A stretch of 64,000 nt of DNA, from NCBI GenBank assembly GCA_048270185.1, contig JBLWTJ010000001.1, positions 512,001 through 576,000 of the forward strand, given 5' to 3'. Below the pieces are notes generated by a model that was not told where the DNA came from, did no database searches, and saw only the letters and a program-made list of their open reading frames with translations. Shown here in pieces: positions 56,601 through 64,000 of this stretch. The position numbers and the translations under genes are program-made. How positions within the stretch are numbered: position 1 is the first letter of the stretch; each line of letters begins with the position of its first letter. The stretch comes from Bacteriovoracaceae bacterium (GTDB taxonomy: Bacteria; Bdellovibrionota; Bacteriovoracia; Bacteriovoracales; Bacteriovoracaceae).

Positions 56601-58936
56601 ACTTTTTTAGCGTGATCTGAGTTAAGTTTTGCAATAGTTTCTTGAGACTTCTTAATTGTACCGGCAAGTTGTTTTTCTTTTGTATCAAGCTCTGACTGGT
56701 ACTTCTTATTAAGATTTGCAATTTGAGTTTCATAACCCATTTTCGTATCTTGTTCTTTTTTCTCAAATGACTTCGTTAAATCAGCAACTTGTTTAGCGTG
56801 ATCAGAGTTCATTTTAGCAATTGTTTCTTGTGACTTCTTCTTCTGACCAGCTAATTGTTGGTCCTTAGAAGTTAGCTCTGATTGAAATTTCTTATTTAGA
56901 TTAGCAATCTGAGTCTCATAACCCATCTTTGTATCTTGTTGTTTCTTTTCATAACTCTTTGTAATAGAGTCAACTTTCTTTGCATGATCAGAGTTAAGTT
57001 TTGCAATTGTGTCTTTTGACTTCTTAATTTCACCATCTAATTGCTGCTGCTTAGCAGTTAATTCGGACTGGTGCTTCTTACTTAAATTTGCAATCTGAGT
57101 CTCATGGCCCATTTGGGTATCACGCTGCTTCTTCTCATAAGACTTTGTTAAATCGTTAACTTTCTTTGCATGATCAGTATTAAGTCGAGCTATTGTCTCT
57201 TGAGACTCTTTCTTTTGACCAGCTAATTGCTTTTCTTTAACATCGAGTTCACCCTGATACTTCTTATTAAGATTAGCGATTTGTGATTCATAACCCATTT
57301 TTGTATTTTGCTGTTGTTTCTCGTAAGTCTTTGTTAAGTCAGCAACTTTCTTTTGGTGATCTGAATTAAGTCGAGCGATTGTTTCTTGAGAATCCTTCTT
57401 TTGACCTGCAAGTTGCTTTTCTTTTGTATCAAGTTCTGATTGAAACTTTTTATTCATATCAGCGACTTGTTTTTCAAAACCAGCTTTTTGTTGTTGCTTT
57501 TGTTGCTCATAGGTCTTAGTTAAGTCAGCAACTTTATTTTGATGATCAGCATTTAAGGTCTTAATCTCATGTTCTTTTGTTGAAATAATATTTGCATACT
57601 TCTTATTTAGGTTTTCAACCTTAAGAGTATGGTCTTGATTAAGCTTTTGCACTTCTTGTTCTTGAGCTTTCTTTTGCTCAACAATTTCATTTTCTAATTT
57701 TTCTTGTGCAATAATACGCCCCTGAATCTCTCGATTGGCCTTAGCGATTGCTTCTTCATTCTTTCTCTTAACCTGCTGAAGCTCCTGAATTTTCTTTGTA
57801 TCTTCTTGTACTTTAGCCAGAGTATTAGCAAGCTTTGAGCGTACTTTTACAACTTCATTATTGATTAGATTATTTTGAGCAACTTGCTCCTTAACCTTTT
57901 CTTGTTCAACTTTAAGTTTTGATTCTAATGATTTCTTAGTTACTTCAATTTGCTTGATATCTTGAGTTTGCTTAGAAACTTGAGTTTTTAACTCTTGAAG
58001 TTTCTTTTCTTGTCTTGCTTTTACGTCATTAACATTAGAAAGAAGGTTCTCAAGATCCTTCTTCTCTTTTTCCACTTCTTTCTTCTTCTTATCTAGTTCT
58101 CCGACACGAGAAAATAAAATATTTTCCTTATCTTTAGCTTTAGCAAGCATCGAGTCACGATCTTTAATTGCTTTTTCAAGATCAATTAATGATTTCTCTT
58201 TATGCTCTAGCACAACTTTGATTTGCTTCTTCTCTTCTTCTTTCTTTTTAATTTCTTCTTTTGTTTCTTTTAGACTCTCAGAAAGCTTTTCATTTTCTTT
58301 TGACTTTTGTTTCATTTCTTTCTGAATTTGCTGAATTTTCTTTTGAAGCTCTTTTTCTTCTTTTTTCTGACGCTCCATCATTCTTGATAACTTATCAAGC
58401 TGGGCCTCTTTTGAACGAAGGTCATCGTCATTTTTACGAATCTCTTCAAGACGTTTCTTAAGCTCTTCAGCTTTCTCATTGATTTCTTTCTTTAACTGAG
58501 TATTTTCACGTGAGATTTTTTTAGATTTGTATTTTTCTTTATCAAGTTGTTGACCAACTTTTTCGACAATAGACTCTTTTTTGATTTGGTCCTTGACCAT
58601 ATCCTGCATTACTTTCTTATTTTGCTCTAATTTTTCGACAAATTTTGAAAGTTCGACCATCTTCTGGTTAATAACGTTCTTATAATCAGTGACCTCATTG
58701 ATTGATTGCTCAATCTTATTCTTGGCCTTCATCTCTTTTATTTTCTGTTCTTTAGAGACCATCCCTTGCATTTGTTCTTCGTGTTTCTTCTTTTCTTGCG
58801 CTTGCTGCAAAGACTTCACCCCGACCTTAATCATGGCGAAAACGAACATAACAAGGAATACAACGGCAACGGTTGTAAACATATCTGAGTATGAACTCCA
58901 GATTGACCCGTCGTCTTTTCTTTCTTCTCTTTTCAT
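53639..58936 (-). CDS. Giant MotB/ZorB-like protein: TM with Asp, ~1500-aa coiled coil, C-terminal OmpA-like peptidoglycan-binding domain
   Basis: IWSSYSDMFTT TM; LLFETGSS, VEGHAS, NLNLSSRRA, GYGFSRP, SQRVEL. Confidence 0.85.
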   Translation of the reverse strand: MKREERKDDGSIWSSYSDMFTTVAVVFLVMFVFAMIKVGVKSLQQAQEKKKHEEQMQGMVSKEQKIKEMKAKNKIEQSINEVTDYKNVINQKMVELSKFVEKLEQNKKVMQDMVKDQIKKESIVEKVGQQLDKEKYKSKKISRENTQLKKEINEKAEELKKRLEEIRKNDDDLRSKEAQLDKLSRMMERQKKEEKELQKKIQQIQKEMKQKSKENEKLSESLKETKEEIKKKEEEKKQIKVVLEHKEKSLIDLEKAIKDRDSMLAKAKDKENILFSRVGELDKKKKEVEKEKKDLENLLSNVNDVKARQEKKLQELKTQVSKQTQDIKQIEVTKKSLESKLKVEQEKVKEQVAQNNLINNEVVKVRSKLANTLAKVQEDTKKIQELQQVKRKNEEAIAKANREIQGRIIAQEKLENEIVEQKKAQEQEVQKLNQDHTLKVENLNKKYANIISTKEHEIKTLNADHQNKVADLTKTYEQQKQQQKAGFEKQVADMNKKFQSELDTKEKQLAGQKKDSQETIARLNSDHQKKVADLTKTYEKQQQNTKMGYESQIANLNKKYQGELDVKEKQLAGQKKESQETIARLNTDHAKKVNDLTKSYEKKQRDTQMGHETQIANLSKKHQSELTAKQQQLDGEIKKSKDTIAKLNSDHAKKVDSITKSYEKKQQDTKMGYETQIANLNKKFQSELTSKDQQLAGQKKKSQETIAKMNSDHAKQVADLTKSFEKKEQDTKMGYETQIANLNKKYQSELDTKEKQLAGTIKKSQETIAKLNSDHAKKVNDLTKSHQKQQQDTKMGYESKIANLNKKFQAELDTKDAQLAGTIKKSQETIAKLNSDHAKKITDLEKMHKKSEAKQKAGYESKIADLNKKFQSELESKDKQLAGVKKDAQSQIAKLNADHKRELTDLTKQYEKSKSDQKLAYDNQIKDLKGKHAQAMDSLTAQKDSEIKKLNADVAARDGKIAGLNDDVKGLKSNLARSQQNNQGLKGDIKNLQSKLAQGDAKNKGLSGEVDRLKAMVGKLEGDKKSLMAQNGGLKDALGQAEGKLKGMSEENGGLKKALGQAQGKLAGMSEENGGLKKALGEAKGKMKGMGEQIGGLKKALGQAQGKLAGMSEENGGLKKALGQAQGKMKGMGEEIGGLKKALGQAKGKMAGMGKEIGGLKEALGQAKGKMAGMGKEIGGLKDALGKAKGELAGLGKENGGLKEALGQAKGKLAGMGKEIGGLKEALGQAKGKMAGMGKEIGGLKDALGKAKGELAGLGKENGGLKEALGQAKGKLAGMGKEIGGLKDALGKAKGELAGLGKENGGLKEALGQAKGKLAGMGKEIGGLKDALGKAKGELAGLGKENGGLKEALGKAQGKLAGMGKEIGGLKDALGKAKGELAGLGKENGGLKEALGKAQGKLAGMGKEIGGLKDALGKAKGELAGLGKENKGLKDQVNGLNGKVAGLGKEVSDLQNALANKNDENGSLGRKIASLGEDLNACETGSSALNKKVTELGNGLDGANKKLNSCLAEVNDKKDFMKQVKKIAKKVEDQKKNLRANIARNLADKFRNNNIDAAVDPKTGNVTLLMDKNLLFETGSSRLSKHAKTKLKSLIPLYSEVLFADDTVREQLDSFNVEGHASPLFGGKALDPMMAEAYSYNYNLNLSSRRALAISNYIYSDGMNYPYKFYMRNVTKSIGYGFSRPIPLETVIERERESIAAELIEPKGFIVEERKPASFAIPLANEDMKCGEFSCSQSQRVELSFTLKDDPKAMERLLQLSPELK
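54650..55846 (-). repeat. 19 x 63-bp coding tandem repeat (21-aa Gly-rich unit) with 126-bp higher-order periodicity
   Basis: (N/I)GGLK(E/D/K)ALG(Q/K)AKG(K/E)LAG(M/L)GKE counted 19 times. Confidence 0.92.
56130..57560 (-). repeat. About 8 x 186-bp coding repeat (62-aa unit)
   Basis: LNxDH motif recurs every 186 bp (56241, 56427, 56613, 56799, 56985, 57171, 57357, 57543). Confidence 0.9.
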
Positions 58937-59060
58937 AATCCTACCCTCGAACAGTTGATAGGATAGCGATTTATAGAACTTATTAAATACTAGTTATGTT
59001 ATGGGCCTAATATTTAGAAGATTCTTCAATTATTTCATGGTGTTAATAAAGAATTCCTGT

Positions 59061-59104
59061 AATTTCATGCTATTTTCAACTTTTTTGTTGGCATGAAATT
59101 TGTG
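59061..59104. promoter_or_regulatory. Inverted repeat in divergent intergenic region, overlapping a near-sigma54 motif
   Basis: AATTTCATGC-N20-GCATGAAATT; TGGCATGAAATTTGT has -24 GG but GT at -12. Confidence 0.4.
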
Positions 59105-59261
59105 ACAAGTTTTAAAGGCATCACAATATAATATGTTGAAGCGCCAATTAAATGAGTCCTCATACCTGACATGATCATTCCACAATACCCTTCAACATAC
59201 CGTTATCTCGTAAATCCTAGAATTAACTACGGCATTTTTTAACCCTAAATTATATTAATCT

Positions 59262-59288
59262 TAAGTAGTTACGTTATTGCGACGATAA
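59262..59288 (+). promoter_or_regulatory. Sigma28 (FliA)-type promoter
   Basis: TAAG-N15-GACGATAA, 16 bp before ATG 59305. Confidence 0.55.
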
Positions 59289-59304
59289 ATACTTGGGATA
59301 CTTA

Positions 59305-62300
59305 ATGAAGATTTTTACACGCAAGTTACAATTTATATTTATATTATCGCTACTAGTAGCGCTTGCCTCTTCGTGTGTGCCCCAAGCGGCCAATAATCGT
59401 AGTGCGGCCAGTGATGAAAGTGACAGTGTCGAAACTGAAATTAATGATCCAACTTTTTCAAACGCTAAAGGCTTTATCCAATACGCAGGCAACGCCTACA
59501 CTTCACTATTTGAAATCGATAATTACTTTGATGATAATATTAGTATTCGCGGCCGTGGTATTCACAACTACGTAAAAGAAAACTTATCAAAGACATATTG
59601 TGCAATTACAAATTTCTCTGTCATAAATAGTGGAACCCCTCTTATAGCAGTAGGATTCCCTCAATATACACTAGACTCTTCTACAAATACTCGTGAGTAC
59701 TTTATTCGTTTCACGTACCGTAGTATTGATGCGGCCATTACTGAAAATTACTGTAATAATTCGGCCGTTTTAAGTTTTATGAGTGGTAAGGGACTTAATA
59801 CAGGTAATCGAAAGTATGATATTGATGATATTTGTCCTACATGTTCAAATCAAACAACATCTTCAAACGCATTATTACTGACAACAAGTTCAGGTGATGA
59901 TCTAACGACAGCACTTGGGGCAACTCTTACAGTAAAGTTATACTTCACATACACGAGTACAACAGATCCTAGTAATAACCTTTGTTCTGCTGACTCACAA
60001 TGTGCTGTCAATGGCGAAGACTTCTGTTGTCTTAATGGTCAATGTGTAAAGGATCTCTCTGAAAAAACTGATTCAATTCCAAACTCGATTTTAACAGAGG
60101 TCGCAGCTAATCCATCTAGTATTTACAACTATCCTAATTACTATAATATTTGTACTCAAGGGACTATTCCTGATGAAGGAGATAGTGATGAATACACTCC
60201 AGATGAGGAAGCGGCCATTCGTTTTAAACGCCTTAAGCAACTCTACCAATGTACAACACCATTTGATGGTGAACGTGGAATTTGTACAACAATTTATGAG
60301 GGTGCTAGGACTGACTTAGAATCAAATTATGAAACAAATATTGATGATACAAATTTTGCTTCTATCTATAAAGGGTCATACCCTCTTGCTAACTCAATAC
60401 ATGAGATACGCTATCAGAATGCAGTAATCTACAAGAATGGAGCCTCTGTTGTTCCAGGTCAAGTTACAGTCTCAGGGATAAATGATAATCTAACTGATAC
60501 AACTAAACTTGCTATCACAACACCTTATGTAGCAACAAATAAGTACAAGAACTTAGAAATTGATGCCTACACTGATGTATCTTGTACACGAATCAATAGT
60601 TTCCAGGCCCAGTGTTACAAGGTTTACAAACAAGGACAAAATGAAGGTAAGGCCACTGACCACTTCCCAGGAACACAGAGGTTTGAACTTCCATTTTACG
60701 CAAATATTAATTATAAAGTTGTTGTACTAGTTGATGATGTTGCAAGAACACAAAATACTTCTTGGACACTATCGGCAGGAGCAAGCAACGAGGTTGTCTT
60801 CAATAGCGATCATATTGTTCAAGATTCACAAGAAGTTAAGATCAACTTCTATGTCGATCTAACAACTTATCCAACTATATTAACTTCCAAAGAAGCTGCA
60901 CAACAGGAGATTGCAACTTATTGTAAGTGTAGTCTTAACCAATGTGAACTGGAAGAAGTTTTAAATACAAGTGATACAGTTGTTGATTATCAATGTCGTC
61001 TGATTCCAACTCAAAGTGAGCCACCAAAGCAACAACAACTCTACTTATCAGCAAAGACAGCACCACAACGCTACTTTGATAGTAATGGAGTTTCAAAGAA
61101 TGGACTTAGCCTATCTGATGTAATTCTAGAGCCAAATCTCGCTCAAGAAGGAACAGCATTCTCTTATATAGGTAATGATAAATCTAAGCCAAATAATGTG
61201 AACGACTATATTGGATTTAACGAAATCTACGGAAGCTTTGACTTAACAAGTAATTCAGCAAAGCCTGCCAAAGAAATTGAAGTAAAAGAAGGAACAACTT
61301 ATGATATTTTTGTATCAGGTGGTAACTACTCAAGTTGTTCAGGCTGTGGGAATGACTACTACTCTTCTTCTCTTAAAGTTTATCCAAATGAATTCGTTAA
61401 TGGTGCAGCAGGATATCAACCAGATCTAACAACTTCTAGTCGAACTAAAACTCAAAAATATCGCTCAGATGATTTTTCTTTTGGCCGTGCATGTTTTGTT
61501 CCTGCAACAATGGTTGCTTGGACTCACCAAGAATATGAAGACCAGCAAGAACAACGCCTTAATCGAATGAAGGCCCAGCACTTCTTAGTGGCAAACGGGT
61601 ACGATAGAGATTGGTATGGTTTTAACTATGGCTCAGTCATAGGATCATTCGACGGTGTGAAATGGTTTGCCGTTGGAACAAAGAGACGCATCAAAGCAAC
61701 AAGTAATAAATTATTCCTAGCAATAAATGCTAAATTATCTGACCAGACGATTGAAAATAGCTACACAGTTCTTGTTCAGGATTCAATTATTAACGGAAGT
61801 GCCGTTCTTCCAACAACAGACTACGAAACAGACGGGGCCTCTTGTCAGCAAGTACATGCCTGTAACACAGATAGTGAATGTGTTTCATCACTTGGTTGGG
61901 ACTATATGTGTGAGAATGTATCAACACTGTCATCGCCTTATCCAAACTTTGATGTTAATGGTAATGAAATACCGCAAGAGTCAGATATAGATCGAATTCT
62001 TTCTCTAAGTGGATCTTTTTCAGGTGGAGTAAAACGTTGTGTTTACCGTGGCCGTGGAGCTGCCTGTTTACCAGATTATAATAATGTCACATCAACATCG
62101 ACATCATACACTGCTGTCGGGACAAAGAGACTACATGGTTGTTCATTTAACAATCACTGTGAACCACTTGAAAGCAGTAATAATGCGAAATTTAACAATA
62201 AGATTTCAAGAAATGCTACAAGTCTAATTTTTCAAAATGGACAAGTCGATAATGAAGAAGAACTTGTCTCGACAGTAGGACTTCTTGCTCCAATTATCGG

Positions 62301-64000
62301 ACGTCCTCAGAAGTACATTGGTGATGAAGTACCAAATAACAATGCTAAGAGAAACTTAATATTAAATAATGTTGAAGGTATATGTATCCCAGGTCGTGAC
62401 GCTAATCTTGAAGACGTAGTGATCTCTATGGATCAAGGCTCCGACTTAACACCTGACTTTATTGGAAATATGGGAAATACTGTTTCCGATCTTCAGAACT
62501 CAACAAATATCAATACATTTGTCAGCTGCCCTACTTTTGATACATCAGGAGATTATGCAGCATTTAATCGCCTACAAAACGTAAGTGCAATGTCGAGTGA
62601 AATACAATTACTTTCACGCTCACAAAACTTGTCGACTTATTTTCTAGAAATATTCTCAGGCTTAACTAATGATGAGTTAACAAGAGATATTAATGACACA
62701 ACAAATACCGCTATTGAACAACTTGCCCTACCTGTTAATGCTTGTCTTAGAGCACCAGGTTCAACTTGTTTCACCGACCTCGATTGTTCGGCATCAAAGT
62801 TCATTACAGATAATACGAAAGGTGTTGATATTGAAGATTTACTTGTAGCAACAAGTAAGTATGAATTGTCATTCTGGCAGACTGAGCTTGTTTGTGCCCA
62901 ACCTGCACGTGTTGGTGATAGTGACTACGATATCAGAAATAACCGCTGTTGTTCAGAAATTGGTAACACATTTAAAGTACCAACTCTTGACTACAATACA
63001 GGTGTTCCAATTACAACTGACTCTGAAATTATCTCTACTGATTCAGTAGATCTTGAAAAAGTTCCTGGAGCAGAAATAGGCGCCAAAACAGGAACTCGCT
63101 TCTCAGGTACAGTATTAACAGAGTATGAGCGAGAAAATGGTGTTGATAACATAAAGACAATGAGAATAGCTGGTGTTGATAGTGTTACCGATGCTTCTTC
63201 AACTGTAGATGCACAATATAAATTACTTTCAACTTATGGACGAAAAATGTGCTGTAGTGAAAACTGGGTACGAAGCTTTCACAAAGAAGATAACGGTGGT
63301 GGCCATGAATGGGGACCAAATAAAATGCAGGCCCACGGACTTACATCACTAGAAGACTTTAAGTGCTATAACTATGCTGATCAAGATGCAACTAACTGTG
63401 CGGCCAATTCTGCACAAGACCCAGATGAGTGTTCACTAGTTGATATTCCAGATCCTATCGGACTTGATATCACAAAATGGCTTAGCTACTACGAACTGAC
63501 AGGTATTCCAAATATTGTCATTAGCGATCATCAAATGGGAATAACTGATGGCGATGTTCCTCTATGTTCAAAGCCAATCTATCGCTCAACTGGAGCAACA
63601 CCAGAGTATGTCAACCCTGATGGATACACTCTCCAGAATAAGAATGATTTTGATGGGACTGCAGCTGCATCATTTAAAACAGTTTTTGAAAGCGATGAAT
63701 TTGCATGTTGTATGCCTTCTGGAACACAGATGGCAGCTGGAGATGATCCAAATATGTGTTGTACAGGATACATCAATCCTCAAAATAATAAGTGCCAACT
63801 TAAAAACTTTTCAAATGTTACGGCCTATACAAATCGTTATGTTTCAAGTGAACTACAAAACCTACCAGATTCTGAATTTGAGCAGAAAACTGGAATGATG
63901 AATGATCGTGAGAAGCTAGCGGTTATTGCTTGTGAAAAGCAGATGTGTGCAGATGGTTTTGTTGCATTCGGTTTAGTACATGGACAATATGGGCTACCTG
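59305..64000 (+). CDS. Very large Cys-rich lipoprotein (>1565 aa, runs off window end)
   Basis: Absent from ORF track (no stop in window). MKIFTRKLQFIFILSLLVALASSCVPQ lipobox; no stop found in the stretches translated by hand and still open at 64000; CxxDxxC/CC clusters. Confidence 0.88.
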   Translation, partial: MKIFTRKLQFIFILSLLVALASSCVPQAANNRSAASDESDSVETEINDPTFSNAKGFIQYAGNAYTSLFEIDNYFDDNISIRGRGIHNYVKENLSKTYCAITNFSVINSGTPLIAVGFPQYTLDSSTNTREYFIRFTYRSIDAAITENYCNNSAVLSFMSGKGLNTGNRKYDIDDICPTCSNQTTSSNALLLTTSSGDDLTTALGATLTVKLYFTYTSTTDPSNNLCSADSQCAVNGEDFCCLNGQCVKDLSEKTDSIPNSILTEVAANPSSIYNYPNYYNICTQGTIPDEGDSDEYTPDEEAAIRFKRLKQLYQCTTPFDGERGICTTIYEGARTDLESNYETNIDDTNFASIYKGSYPLANSIHEIRYQNAVIYKNGASVVPGQVTVSGINDNLTDTTKLAITTPYVATNKYKNLEIDAYTDVSCTRINSFQAQCYKVYKQGQNEGKATDHFPGTQRFELPFYANINYKVVVLVDDVARTQNTSWTLSAGASNEVVFNSDHIVQDSQEVKINFYVDLTTYPTILTSKEAAQQEIATYCKCSLNQCELEEVLNTSDTVVDYQCRLIPTQSEPPKQQQLYLSAKTAPQRYFDSNGVSKNGLSLSDVILEPNLAQEGTAFSYIGNDKSKPNNVNDYIGFNEIYGSFDLTSNSAKPAKEIEVKEGTTYDIFVSGGNYSSCSGCGNDYYSSSLKVYPNEFVNGAAGYQPDLTTSSRTKTQKYRSDDFSFGRACFVPATMVAWTHQEYEDQQEQRLNRMKAQHFLVANGYDRDWYGFNYGSVIGSFDGVKWFAVGTKRRIKATSNKLFLAINAKLSDQTIENSYTVLVQDSIINGSAVLPTTDYETDGASCQQVHACNTDSECVSSLGWDYMCENVSTLSSPYPNFDVNGNEIPQESDIDRILSLSGSFSGGVKRCVYRGRGAACLPDYNNVTSTSTSYTAVGTKRLHGCSFNNHCEPLESSNNAKFNNKISRNATSLIFQNGQVDNEEELVSTVGLLAPIIGRPQKYIGDEVPNNNAKRNLILNNVEGICIPGRDANLEDVVISMDQGSDLTPDFIGNMGNTVSDLQNSTNINTFVSCPTFDTSGDYAAFNRLQNVSAMSSEIQLLSRSQNLSTYFLEIFSGLTNDELTRDINDTTNTAIEQLALPVNACLRAPGSTCFTDLDCSASKFITDNTKGVDIEDLLVATSKYELSFWQTELVCAQPARVGDSDYDIRNNRCCSEIGNTFKVPTLDYNTGVPITTDSEIISTDSVDLEKVPGAEIGAKTGTRFSGTVLTEYERENGVDNIKTMRIAGVDSVTDASSTVDAQYKLLSTYGRKMCCSENWVRSFHKEDNGGGHEWGPNKMQAHGLTSLEDFKCYNYADQDATNCAANSAQDPDECSLVDIPDPIGLDITKWLSYYELTGIPNIVISDHQMGITDGDVPLCSKPIYRSTGATPEYVNPDGYTLQNKNDFDGTAAASFKTVFESDEFACCMPSGTQMAAGDDPNMCCTGYINPQNNKCQLKNFSNVTAYTNRYVSSELQNLPDSEFEQKTGMMNDREKLAVIACEKQMCADGFVAFGLVHGQYGLP

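Noticed and set aside
52624..58936. Canonical Zorya defence system or flagellar stator
   Set aside because: No zorC/zorD/zorE or flagellar genes, B precedes A, and the long tail is on the B subunit; kept only as a relative
1713..58958. Other short antisense or alternate-frame ORFs nested in assigned genes (e.g. 2546-2929, 11310-11660, 17016-17330, 34194-34532)
   Set aside because: Overlap well-supported genes and show no recognisable motifs
59274..63898. Short ORFs listed in the track in this interval
   Set aside because: Out-of-frame or antisense shadows of the giant lipoprotein starting at 59305
1..64000. Prophage or rRNA operon
   Set aside because: No phage structural, terminase or integrase genes and no rRNA-like sequence seen

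Overview
AT-rich bacterial chromosomal segment. Gene content (many secreted hydrolases, Cys-rich lipoproteins, FliA-like promoters) suggests a predatory Bdellovibrionota member such as Halobacteriovorax/Bacteriovoracaceae; this is inference only. Housekeeping genes: ihfB, queA-tgt-yajC-tatA-secD-secF, sdaA, mnmA, uup, cinA, a gpx-ohrR-nitroreductase unit, tRNA-Cys(GCA) and tRNA-Leu(GAG). Most striking: (1) a minus-strand operon encoding a 1765-aa MotB/ZorB-like protein with a ~1500-aa repeat-built coiled-coil stalk, a MotA/ZorA-like partner and a cNMP-binding protein. It is divergent from a >1565-aa Cys-rich lipoprotein that the ORF track missed. (2) A recurrent R-x-P-A-S motif in unrelated exported proteins, some behind a sigma28-like promoter. 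(3) Strong GGCC over-representation together with an orphan C5 DNA methyltransferase. (4) A 144-bp structured mini-element at the tRNA-Leu 3' end. (5) A RAYT transposase with REP-like ends. (6) A cassette-like islet array after tRNA-Cys. (7) Apparent pseudo-enzymes (MnmA paralog, M28, MtfA-like). (8) A phytoene-desaturase-like/fabG/fabZ/fabI lipid operon. All calls come from reading motifs by eye; no database searches were run.
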